Counted from the first letter of the stretch, positions 1-8,871 are shown. The stretch is DNA of 32,000 nt from Desulfotalea psychrophila LSv54 (GCF_000025945.1 NC_006138.1:2670001-2702000); one strand, 5' to 3'. Notes: a model not told the origin generated them from the letters alone. Numbers and translations: made by a program.

Positions 1-546
1 TGGGGCGCCCAGGTAATGGAGAACCCCACAGCAGGCATCTCCCTCTTTCTCGATGTAGACCTGGCCCCGGAGGAGATGGAAGTTGATTTTTCCAGACAGG
101 AACTGGCTGAGCGGGAAGAACTTGGCAGCGTAGGCCTGTGGTGCGCACTACACGGAGACTCGATTCTCGGTGCCGGCATGCACCATCTGGCGGCAGCCTT
201 TCTCTTTGCTGATCTCCCCACCGACCTGGCAGGCTATAATATTAACTTTATGGAACCGTTTAGCGATTTTCCCTATCTCAAACAGGCATTTAGTTCGGGA
301 GAGCGCTGGGACACTGATCCGGAGGTGGTACAAGGCCTGCTTAAAGATAGGCTTATCAGCGAAAAGCAGGCAGATCGATTCCTCGACAAGGGGGCCATTG
401 GCAGCCATTTGGAGAATATTCAGCGCCGGGATGGCTATAAGGGCTTTAACCAAGAGAACGTCAGCGTCATCATAGCGGAAACTGATCCCCGAAGGGTTGC
501 TGATGTTAGAGGGGACCTGCCCCATCACTGGTCGAAAATGCCGTAA
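1..546 (+). CDS. hypothetical protein, reading frame open to the left window edge (ATG possible at 16)
   Basis: Frame reads WGAQVMENPTAG... from base 1 to the stop at 546. No family recognised. Confidence 0.4.
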   Translation, partial: WGAQVMENPTAGISLFLDVDLAPEEMEVDFSRQELAEREELGSVGLWCALHGDSILGAGMHHLAAAFLFADLPTDLAGYNINFMEPFSDFPYLKQAFSSGERWDTDPEVVQGLLKDRLISEKQADRFLDKGAIGSHLENIQRRDGYKGFNQENVSVIIAETDPRRVADVRGDLPHHWSKMP

Positions 547-835
547 CTTCTTTGTTGTAAGGGCATGCCCTACAGGTTTTCAACCGGCATAAGCATGGTT
601 GATATCAAAAAAAAGTCTATCAGATCATGGATCTTCAACCTTTGTAATCTTAACCGAAAAGAGGGGCACTGGCTGGGGGCTACAAGATCAGCCTCTCAGC
701 AGCTCCGGTCGGTTCCACAGACAATACGAGCAACAAATGCTGAGCCTGGAGAGGATGAAAGGCCTGCTTGAGAACAGGTTCATTAGCGGGACCACGTTGA
801 ACAATTTCCTAGCTACATGTTTGATTATCTGTGGA

Positions 836-1198
836 TTATTTAAACAAAAACCTTTCTCTAAACCACCCAAGTTGCAACGTTGGTAAAAAGAATATCTTTA
901 AACCATATTTGTATTGAAATGGTCGGTATTTATTTAGAGTATCGGTAAAATTTAACAATTTTTTCTCATCTTCGTCATAGCCTTGTTCTATTTTTATTTC
1001 TATGACCAAAAGATTATTCTCAAGTTCAAGCCTTCCACGTTTATGTATAACGATATCTGGTCTCTTATGATTTTTGTGAGAATCATGTTTCGGGTCAAGT
1101 TCTTCACCCATTTCGTTGTATTCACAATCAACATTAAATCCAGAGAAATACTCTTCTAGATTAACAGCATAACCTATGCGCAGTTGCCCATTCCAGTT
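836..1198 (-). pseudogene. remnant of a PD-(D/E)XK nuclease-like hypothetical protein, N-terminus missing
   Basis: ORF 836..1111 contains RPDIVIHKRG...NNLLVIEIK. The same frame is open upstream to about 1198 and reads NWNGQLRIGYAVNLEEYFSGFNVDCEYNEMGEELD, then meets a TGA without a convincing start. Confidence 0.45.
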
Positions 1199-1341
1199 TA
1201 TTGCATATCAGTTCCAGATCGTTGATCTGAACCTTTTTTATTGCCCCTAAGATAATTTTTTCTAAAATTTCGTGTTCCATCATTTTTTTATCCAATGCAC
1301 TTCATCTTTTATTTAGATAACGCCAAGTTAAATAGCGCACG

Positions 1342-1707
1342 TTAACGCATCTCAGCTTTAGTCCTTATTGGCTTCTTGAACTTCGAAGCTAGTTTAAATT
1401 TTAAGTTGCTTACGGTCTCTTCTCTATCAAAAGAGGCTTGAACTGCAATAATTGGGATACAATTTCTTTTAGCCTCACGCAACTCCCATTGAACCCATTC
1501 AGACTCATTAATAGAGTTGGATGACATTAGCAGTAACAATTGAGCTTGCGATAGCATCTGTTCTACGTGGCGTTGCTTGTCTATTGAGTCGTTATGTAAC
1601 AAGTCGATGTAATAAGACCCGTATTCTGAAAGCACCTCGGACACACTCTCTAATAGTTTACGATCAATATAGTGATCTCTAGTGGTATAACTAACGAATA
1701 TTCCCAT
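1342..1707 (-). CDS. TIR-domain protein
   Basis: MGIFVSYTTRDHYIDRKLL...YYIDLLHNDSID...LLLMSSNSINESEWVQWELREAKRNCIPIIAVQ matches the TIR fold pattern. The ORF track extends to a TTG at 1719; the ATG at 1707 looks more likely. Confidence 0.75.
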   Translation of the reverse strand: MGIFVSYTTRDHYIDRKLLESVSEVLSEYGSYYIDLLHNDSIDKQRHVEQMLSQAQLLLLMSSNSINESEWVQWELREAKRNCIPIIAVQASFDREETVSNLKFKLASKFKKPIRTKAEMR

Positions 1708-1708
1708 G

Positions 1709-2156
1709 TCACTTACCAATCCAATTCATAAAAAATGCAAACCAGCCTATAAGCCCTAGTGTCGATAAAGCATAGTAAAGAGACATTGAATGATTAAATG
1801 CCGCACCTAGCCAGCTTACTCCTAATTGTTCAGGTTGATAGTTGTCAATTAAATTTCTTTGAGCTATTGCTTGCAGTTTCCTGTTCATGGCAATTCTCGT
1901 TTTTCTTTGAAAGTAATATGCTGAAAAAATCTGCGACCCAAAACCCGAAGCAAATTAATAGCGGTATGAGAAAATATGTATGATCAAGTTGGTTGTCAGT
2001 AAGTTTAACTAGTATAGCTAAAGCGGCACCAATAAGCCCTACACATATTTTTTTGAACTCAAAACAGCTCTTACTAATCTGTAGTGTAGCCTCATGAAGT
2101 TGATCCACGCACGCCCAGTCTAATTCGTCCTCACATGTTTTCTTATATTCTGTCAT
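1709..2156 (-). pseudogene. two-TM membrane protein (S-2TM/SLATT-like) with a frameshift at an A6/T6 tract
   Basis: Frame 0 (ORF 1845..2156) carries two hydrophobic helices and then reads WVADFFSILLSKK. Skipping one T at 1924-1929 gives WVADFSAYYFQRKTRIAMNRKLQAIAQRNLIDNYQPEQLGVSWLGAAFNHSMSLYYALSTLGLIGWFAFFMNWIGK*, with the TGA (1709-1711) one base from the TIR ATG. Confidence 0.6.
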
Positions 2157-2242
2157 ATGTTTTTCGTACTCTAAATTTTTTGGGGTGAAGCTAACGCTTC
2201 AAACACCTGCGCAGCTTTGCTGCGTCCGAGTGCTTTGATTTG

Positions 2243-3160
2243 TTATGCTTTTTTATTATTATTTATAGATGCAAGGACATTAGGTATATCATCAATAGAA
2301 CATAATGTAATTTGGTTTGAGGCAACGCCGCACTTTTCCAGTTGTCTTATGTGGTTTTTCCCTTCGTCTTCTGAGTATTGACTAACAACCCATTTACTAC
2401 TTTGGGTCACGTTGGATATCTTTTTAAAATATGGAATATCAATGTCATTTAAAGAATGGCCTATGACCACTACAACCTCGACATTTTCAAGATTTTTGAA
2501 GTAACTAAGACTGTAATCTATAATGTCGTCAATCGGCTTCTGAAAAGCATAAAACGGGTACTTAGCTGAACCTTCAGCGTCAGTGAACATGGTACGATTG
2601 CTTTCCCAATTTTCATCTAATTCAGGTACTTCTTCCATTGACTCGCCATGTCCAAAAATTAAGCGATCATATTTGACGACACTACCATGAATATGAAAAA
2701 CTAGATCATCAGATATTCCATAAACCATTTGAAGAATGGATGTGTAGTTAAATGAGATAAATCGACACGCCGATCTAAAGTCAAACTTCGCTTCGACACC
2801 ATCAATAGAAATGGATTCAATCCACTCCTGAAATTGCTACTGAATGTCATCAACTAAATTGTCAGCCTGCTCTTTGATATCGTCTTCAAGGCCATATGCC
2901 ATGCTTGGCTTGAATGAATCATCTGAGACGTCAATGAAATTATGGTTATTATAAAATATTTCCCAATCGAACTTGCCAAGAACTACTTCAAAGTTGTTCC
3001 ACGGATTTTCTGTAATTATGTCAAAACATAGATACTGCTCCAACTCATCAAGATGGGTCTCTGAAAACGCATAGAAGTCAGTGTACTTAGTGGGTAACCC
3101 ATGCCATAGATCAAATCCGTTACCAATTACATACAAAATTTCCATGTCGATAATTCCCAT
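2243..3160 (-). pseudogene. AbiH-family abortive infection protein interrupted by one in-frame TAG
   Basis: N-part: MEILYVIGNGFDLWHGLPTKYTDFYAF. C-part: FISFNYTSILQMVYGISDDLVFHIHGSV...VVVIGHSLNDIDIPYF. ORFs 2837..3160 and 2243..2728 share one frame. The linker reads VDDIQ*QFQEWIESISIDGVEAKFDFRSACRFISFNYTSILQM, with the TAG at 2837-2839. Confidence 0.8.
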
Positions 3161-3282
3161 CCGTAACGATTTGTATATGGGTTCGCATAACGCCTCGTCA
3201 ACTGGCGCGAGATTGTTGTTTTTGCGTGTTTTTGTTTTGCAAAAATAATGACAGCCGTTACACGTCTGCTTGATTTACCTTA

Positions 3283-4050
3283 TTAAGCCGTTTCTAACTT
3301 ATATTGTCCTGTGGACATTTTTGCTCTAGTTAATCTAGGACGACATCCTGCTCGTTCGGGCAAATCATTAACCAGGATTTCCAGTTCTCGATAATTATTA
3401 GAAGACATTTTTGTACCAGCTATTACCCGAGTAATCATAGTCTGGTCAAACTTATGGATACCCGGCCCTTTTTTCATAGCAAGTACTCTATACTCTGACT
3501 CATACTCCCAATCTAATGATTTAGTCAAAAATATTTTTTTTACTGCATTAAAATTTCTAGTACCTGCAATAATGATTGGCATATTCGCAGAGTACTCAAC
3601 ATCCCAACCAAATAGCTTTTTCTCTACGTTGCCCATATGCATATTTTCATTTACGTTGTTGGTAGTAAACTCAACTACAAATCCTGCATGATTATCAGCA
3701 TAATGCGACCACATAAGGATATTGTCAGGCTTTTTCGTCAAGCAACATATTCCAACATTACCAATAATCCCATCATGAAACACACCAGATTTCAAAGACT
3801 TTCTTATACCATCAAGCATTTTATTTTTCTTTTGTATACAACTGGCTGGTGACAACCCTAGCTGCCGACCTACTTCCTTAAATATGTCAGGACGAGATTC
3901 TATGTACAGCATCGATTCGTCAATGTCATACGCCGTTTTGCAATCAAACGGATCATTAAATTCTGAGTAATGGCTAAATTTCATAGTGCCTTGGGACAAA
4001 ATGCATTTTGAGCCATCAGTAAATGGTAAGTATTTATAAAATTTCAGCAC
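3283..4050 (-). CDS. DUF2971 domain-containing protein
   Basis: FYKYLPFTDGSKCILSQGTMKFSHYSEFNDPFDC and CCLTKKPDNILMWSHYADNHAGFVVEF are typical DUF2971 motifs. Confidence 0.75.
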   Translation of the reverse strand: MLKFYKYLPFTDGSKCILSQGTMKFSHYSEFNDPFDCKTAYDIDESMLYIESRPDIFKEVGRQLGLSPASCIQKKNKMLDGIRKSLKSGVFHDGIIGNVGICCLTKKPDNILMWSHYADNHAGFVVEFTTNNVNENMHMGNVEKKLFGWDVEYSANMPIIIAGTRNFNAVKKIFLTKSLDWEYESEYRVLAMKKGPGIHKFDQTMITRVIAGTKMSSNNYRELEILVNDLPERAGCRPRLTRAKMSTGQYKLETA

Positions 4051-4186
4051 AAAGATCCCTCACTTTTACGACTGCGGCTTGGTTATGATTGATCAATGAT
4101 GATCTTTAATTTAGAATTTTGGCAAAAGCCCAATCAGCGAAATATTGCCATGCTCTTTATACATTTATGGGGGGCTAATGAAATAT

Positions 4187-4540
4187 TCAATCAAGTGCTT
4201 CTTTTTTCCAATCAATCATTGATATTTCAGGGATAAATATAGATTTTTTATCCAAATTTCCATCTCCATTTTCATCAATTAACATATACTCTTGCAAACC
4301 ATCTCCATTTTCATCAACGTTTATTCTTCTGATGATTCGGTCTCTATATACTATCTGAGCAATTGACCCATCATTAGCTTTAATTTTTAAATATTGAATA
4401 TAGCTTTTTTTAATTACGTCTGAATTGTAAAAACCGTCCCATTGATCAATTACCTTGCCACCTAACCATCTATTTGGATTAAGTTGGCTATTTTTACCAA
4501 TTTCATGAGTTTCCAATTTAATAGTTGGAGGCCAAATCAT
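4187..4540 (-). CDS. hypothetical protein with acidic DENGDG repeats
   Basis: 117-aa ORF containing NVDENGDGLQEYMLIDENGDGNLD. Confidence 0.45.
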   Translation of the reverse strand: MIWPPTIKLETHEIGKNSQLNPNRWLGGKVIDQWDGFYNSDVIKKSYIQYLKIKANDGSIAQIVYRDRIIRRINVDENGDGLQEYMLIDENGDGNLDKKSIFIPEISMIDWKKEALD

Positions 4541-4569
4541 ACTTACAGATATCGGTTTAAATATAAAAT

Positions 4570-5181
4570 TTAAATTTTCATTGACAGGTGGATAGTTTTT
4601 GGCATTGATCGAAATACCAATATTAATTTTTTTTGGAATAAAATGTCTTTTTTTTCATTTACATGGAGACCAATAATTGTTGCTGTATACGCTGGAACTC
4701 CATCTGACAAAACCACAAGTATTTCTTCAACTGCAAAAAAAGTTGGAAATGAAAGCACATCAATTGTTGGTAACGGAGTATAATTTTTTGAAACTGACAA
4801 TAAACCAAAATTGTGCTCGAAAACTAACTTTCCCGGTTCAATTGGAACCTTTTGTTCAGCTTCTGATCTGATATCCAATGATTTATCATAAGTTAATTCA
4901 ACTTTGACAATTTCTAGGGGCTCATCATTTTTATTCTTTATTGCTAGATTAATCGGCATCCTAATCCTACTTGCGAACAAATCGCTTTCGTTCAAGGTGA
5001 CTTCGATGTTATTTGTATCGACTAAAAAAATATCACCCTTTTGATCTTTTTTATACCATGCGATTCCTATTTTTAAGTTTTTATACCAACCATTTATTTC
5101 CTGACACACACTAAACGCCGAAGATATTAAACCAGCAATTAAAGCTAATCCGCCTATTATAAGCCATACTTTTTTTAACAT
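4570..5181 (-). CDS. hypothetical protein with one N-terminal TM segment
   Basis: 203-aa ORF with N-terminal hydrophobic stretch VWLIIGGLALIAGLISSAFSV. No family recognised. Confidence 0.5.
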   Translation of the reverse strand: MLKKVWLIIGGLALIAGLISSAFSVCQEINGWYKNLKIGIAWYKKDQKGDIFLVDTNNIEVTLNESDLFASRIRMPINLAIKNKNDEPLEIVKVELTYDKSLDIRSEAEQKVPIEPGKLVFEHNFGLLSVSKNYTPLPTIDVLSFPTFFAVEEILVVLSDGVPAYTATIIGLHVNEKKDILFQKKLILVFRSMPKTIHLSMKI

Positions 5182-5454
5182 AATTAGTTTTTTATCGAAT
5201 TACATTGTTAGTTAATTAAATGATTTTGTGGAATGCCATAATTATGATATACTGCCAAATGCACTGTCCAACAAGTTATTACACAGACCTGTAGCACAAT
5301 TTTGTCTAATAGAGGCCCATCATACAGTCGTCTTCCGGCAGACAACATTCTTACAGGGGCCAGGAAAGGCTCTCCCTCCCCTCGCAAAGAGTTGCCCCCC
5401 TCTTACACTATTAATTGGTTATGAGCAATAATTAAGAGCCTTTATCTATGAACA

Positions 5455-5704
5455 ACAGGGCGAGCCCTTGCCCAGCAGGGATGGATTGGCCTGCCTTGCC
5501 CTCCCCCTCTCAGTTGCCCGAACGGAGTGAAGCTGGCGCGTGGGCAGGTCAGGACGGCCTGCCAGCTGCGAGGACAGGAGTCCGTTCGCAACCTTAGTGG
5601 AAGCTGAAACGAGAGTGAGGATTAGCAACTGAGCCGGGGCGGCATGGGGTTCGAAGGGGGGAATGCTTCCCCCTTTGGCCAGTGCGGGTGGCAAGCCGCG
5701 ATCC
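5455..5704. repeat. structured repeat element, copy A
   Basis: Core 5509-5633 is bounded by CTCAGTTGC/GCAACTGAG. It is followed by the hairpin AAGGGGGG..CCCCCTT and the terminal hairpin GCGGGT-GGCA-AGCCGC (5684-5699). Confidence 0.85.
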
Positions 5705-5734
5705 AAAGCAACTCAAAAAAGCAGCCATTATCAG

Positions 5735-6050
5735 GGTAAAACCTACCTGATTCTTTTAACTAGTCTGGACGGGAAGTACGGGAATAACCATTAGCTATGG
5801 ACAACAGAGGCGAGCCCCTGCCAACAGAGGGGGCGCCCTGCCCTCCCCCTCTCAGTTGCCCGAACGGAGTGAAGCTGGCGCGTGGGCAGGTCAGGACGAA
5901 CTGCCAGCTGCGAGGACAGGAGTCCGTTCGCAGCGTTAGCGGAAGCTGAAATGAGAGTGAGGATTAGCAACTGAGCCGGGGCGGCATGGGGTTCAAAGGG
6001 GGGAATGCTGCTGTTTCCCCCTTTGGCCAGTGCGAGTGGCAACCCGCGAT
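5735..6050. repeat. structured repeat element, copy B
   Basis: Core 5851-5975 is nearly identical to copy A. The upstream arm (ctggacgggaagtacgggaataaccattagctatgg) is shared with copy D. Confidence 0.85.
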
Positions 6051-6254
6051 CGAGGACAAGCCAATTTTTAGATTGCCCTATCAACGATTAGTCTCAGCGT
6101 GGAAACCCCACAAAGTAACACCTTATCATGGTAAAACTTATCTGATTCTTTTGGCCGTCCCTCAGGAAAGGGACACAGACAAAGGCAATTGTGCTGTAAT
6201 ATTCCGGAACAATGGGAAAAGGAGACAGAGCGAGGTGCTGGACACCAGTTTTCA

Positions 6255-6460
6255 TCGTCCCCCTCTCAGTTGCCCGAACGGAGTGAAGCTGGCGCGTGGG
6301 CAGGTCAGGACGAACTGCCAGCTGCGAGGAGAGGAGTCCGTTCGCAACCTTAGTGGAAGCTGAAACGAGAGTGAGGATTAGCAACTGAGCCGGGGCGGCA
6401 TGGGGTTCAAAGGGGGGAATGCTTCCCCCTTTGGCCAGTGCGGGTGGCAACCCGTGATCC
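6255..6460. repeat. structured repeat element, copy C
   Basis: Core 6264-6389 plus hairpins to 6455 (GCGGGT-GGCA-ACCCGT). The 5' arm differs from copies B and D. Confidence 0.85.
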
Positions 6461-6490
6461 GGTGACTTTATCATCAAACTCAGGAAATTT

Positions 6491-6803
6491 GTTAAATGAA
6501 GTAGTTAGCATCAACAGGCTCACCAACAGTTATCTCTGGCACCTGCCCCTGATTGGACAACCATCCTGTGATAGCTTCACGAACCTCTTCAGTCGCAGAA
6601 TCATAGCGATGGCCTGAGCAGACAAACATACTGAAGTCATCAGGTGCCCCTCCGCCTCCTACGATAAGTTTTCTACTCCGAACCAGGTCAATTAGGTCAT
6701 CGAGAAACCTAGCAAACTCCTCTTCTGAGTTGGTATTTATTCGGCAATCAAATTGAAATCCATAGACCGCAAATTCAATCAGATACAGTATTTTCGAATC
6801 TAC
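6491..6803 (-). pseudogene. YggL/DUF469-like protein remnant with no recognisable start
   Basis: The frame reads VDSKILYLIEFAVYGFQFDCRINTNSEEEFARFLDDLIDLVRSRKLIVGGGGAPDDFSMFVCSGHRYDSATEEVREAITGWLSNQGQVPEITVGEPVDANYFI*. A neighbouring frame upstream reads NRKRAIGFKIGRF, which resembles the basic YggL N-terminus. Confidence 0.45.
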
Positions 6804-6857
6804 CTATTTTGAACCCAATCGCACGCTTACGGTTGGGTTTTCACCCTTGGAAAAAGC

Positions 6858-6895
6858 TTGACGCAAACATTTAACTAATATACTAGTATACTAGT
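6858..6895 (+). promoter_or_regulatory. sigma70-like promoter overlapped by a perfect palindrome
   Basis: TTGACG (6858-6863), 17-nt spacer, TACTAG (6881-6886), with palindrome ACTAGTATACTAGT at 6882-6895. Confidence 0.45.
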
Positions 6896-7193
6896 GTGCA
6901 TGAGACGATCAAGTCATCGGAGAGGAAATTGACGAAATTTTTAATAAAATTTGTCTGCCTAGGGGTGTCGTCAATATTGTTCACGGGAATCGATCTATCC
7001 CAGGAACCTGCCACGATTCGTTATACCCCTTCAGCCGATGCAAATGAAGAAGGCACGAGAAAAGAAGGAAATAATTCTGTTAAGAGTTGTGTCGCACAAT
7101 AATAATTGTGGGTTCCTCGACGCGGCCACTTCAATTTGAGAAAGCGGCAACTGTTCTCTCACTAAATTTTTTAAAGTATAGAGGTTATACAAA

Positions 7194-7469
7194 ATGTCTC
7201 AGTTTCAATATGGATTTATCATCAAAGCTCCCGGTTATACATTTGGAGAAAAAAATCAGGTTTTAGAGTCAGACGCATTCAAAAGCAATATTGTTGGCGT
7301 AGGGACAATAGAAGAGGGCTGCGACGCCGCAAAATTGCTTGTTAAAAATGGTGCTACTTTAATTGAACTTTGTAGTGGATTTAAAGCTGAGGATGCGAAG
7401 AAGGTTTTTGAAGCCATCGATGGTTCAGCAAAAGTTGGCTATGTTGGTGATTTTTTCGTTAATGCGTAA
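7194..7469 (+). CDS. DUF6506-like small protein
   Basis: MSQFQYGFIIKAPGYTFGEKNQVLESDAF...GATLIELCSGF...KVGYVGDFF, preceded by a GAGG ribosome-binding site. Confidence 0.6.
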   Translation: MSQFQYGFIIKAPGYTFGEKNQVLESDAFKSNIVGVGTIEEGCDAAKLLVKNGATLIELCSGFKAEDAKKVFEAIDGSAKVGYVGDFFVNA

Positions 7470-7643
7470 GTAAATATTGGCATAGTGTGTTACTCTCAGG
7501 AGGTTTTTGTTAAAATCTCCTGAGAGTATCTGGCGATACTGTTTACGGTAGTCAAGGTTGGGTAAACGGGATATCAAACATCACAGGTATTGAATAATTT
7601 GTTTCACCCTCTTTAACTCAAATTTTGTTTATAGGAAATTCGA

Positions 7644-8321
7644 ATGCTTAGCGCATCTATCCCGGGAAATCACCTCCTCAGAGTCCAAGTATATAACTAT
7701 CTTGAAAAACAGATGCAACTCGGTAATCTGAAGCCTGGATCTTCGATCAGTGTCAACACAATGATAAAGGAACTCGGCGTGAGCCGAACTCCTCTACGAG
7801 AAGCACTCATATTGCTTCAGGAACAAGGTTTTGTCTCCATTCAACCGCAACGTGGAGTGAAAATTAATGCGCTGAATATGGATGATGTTAAAGATATATA
7901 TGAAATTCTGGGAGGAATTGAATCTAGCATTTTTCTTTCTGTATTTGATAATCTGAGAGAAAAGGAAATTCAACAGATGAAGATGTTGAATAATGAAATT
8001 GAATTAGCTCTCGCAAATGAAGATATAATTAGGCACAATCAATTAAATGTCGATTTTCACGATACTTTTTTAGGGTTATCTAACAACAAACGCATGCTCA
8101 GATATGTGGGAATTCTTAAGATGCAACTCTATGATTTTCCAAGACGAAATTTTGGCATAAAGTGGAACAATAACAACTTGTATCAACATAGACAGTTTAT
8201 CCAGCTCATAGAAGAAGGAAAGGCCGTATCAGCAGCTGACTATCTAAGAGATATTCATTGGGACTTTGATCTTCCCGATTCGTTTCAAATCATCTCTGGC
8301 GCTGAAGAGCACCGAGGGTAA
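7644..8321 (+). CDS. GntR-family transcriptional regulator (FCD/FadR-type)
   Basis: N-terminal wHTH: LGNLKPGSSISVNTMIKELGVSRTPLREALILLQEQGFVSIQPQRGVKI. C-terminal helical FCD-like domain. Confidence 0.85.
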   Translation: MLSASIPGNHLLRVQVYNYLEKQMQLGNLKPGSSISVNTMIKELGVSRTPLREALILLQEQGFVSIQPQRGVKINALNMDDVKDIYEILGGIESSIFLSVFDNLREKEIQQMKMLNNEIELALANEDIIRHNQLNVDFHDTFLGLSNNKRMLRYVGILKMQLYDFPRRNFGIKWNNNNLYQHRQFIQLIEEGKAVSAADYLRDIHWDFDLPDSFQIISGAEEHRG

Positions 8322-8704
8322 GCCACGAGCCAGGACAAGCCAACTTTTAAATCGCTCTAGCAATGATTAGTCGCAACAGAAAAACCCAAAACTTACCTGA
8401 TTTTTCTGGCCGATCTGGACAGGAAGCACGGAAATAACCATTAGCTATGGATAACAGAGGCAAGCCCCTGCTCGGAAGACAGAGGGTGGACGGGCCTGCT
8501 CTCCCCTCCCCTCTCAGTTGCCCGAACGGAGTGAGGGCGGTGAGCAGGTCAGGACGAACTGCCAGCGGCGTCTAGGAGTCCGTTCGCAGCGCTAGCGGAA
8601 GCTGAAACGAGAGTGAAGATTGGCAACTGGGCCGGGGCGGCACGGGGTTTAAAGGGGGGGGGGATGCTTCCCCCTTTGGTCAGGGTGGCTGGCAAGCCAC
8701 GATC
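8322..8704. repeat. structured repeat element, copy D (most divergent and apparently longest)
   Basis: Core 8513-8631 (CTCAGTTGCC...GGCAACTGGG) and terminal hairpin GTGGCT-GGCA-AGCCAC (8685-8700). It shares ggacaagccaa.tttta.at.gc and aacttacctgatt blocks with the B-C spacer. It starts at the stop codon of the GntR gene. Confidence 0.8.
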
Positions 8705-8871
8705 CATGCTTACCGGTTAAGACAGTGCAGTGTTTTGTTATTAAAAATTTGTGACAAGATTCATGAGCCAATTTGGCCCCTCTCTTCAGCGTCGCCTCCC
8801 AAACAAGCAAAGACTTCTAGCAAGCTCTATGCTTCTCTGTTTTCTGGGTCGCTTCTCGACGAGAAGCATCT

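Noticed and set aside
1924-1930. Programmed -1 frameshifting at T TTT TTC in the 2TM gene
   Set aside because: The heptamer fits a slippery site, but the -1 frame stops after about 12 codons. Restoration needs +1, so an indel is more likely.
2837-2839. Recoded TAG (amber readthrough) in the AbiH gene
   Set aside because: No supporting context seen. A simple nonsense mutation or sequencing error is more parsimonious.
5455-6460. Group II intron or CRISPR array explanation for the repeats
   Set aside because: No domain V-like hairpin, reverse transcriptase or maturase was recognised. Units are over 200 bp with variable spacing, unlike 23-47-bp CRISPR repeats with uniform spacers.
5446-6477. 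ORFs 5446..5706, 5791..6084, 6094..6477 (minus) and 5986..6363 (plus) that encode similar peptides
   Set aside because: They translate the structured repeat. Similarity is explained by DNA repetition, frames are inconsistent at the ends and there is no ribosome-binding site or recognised domain.
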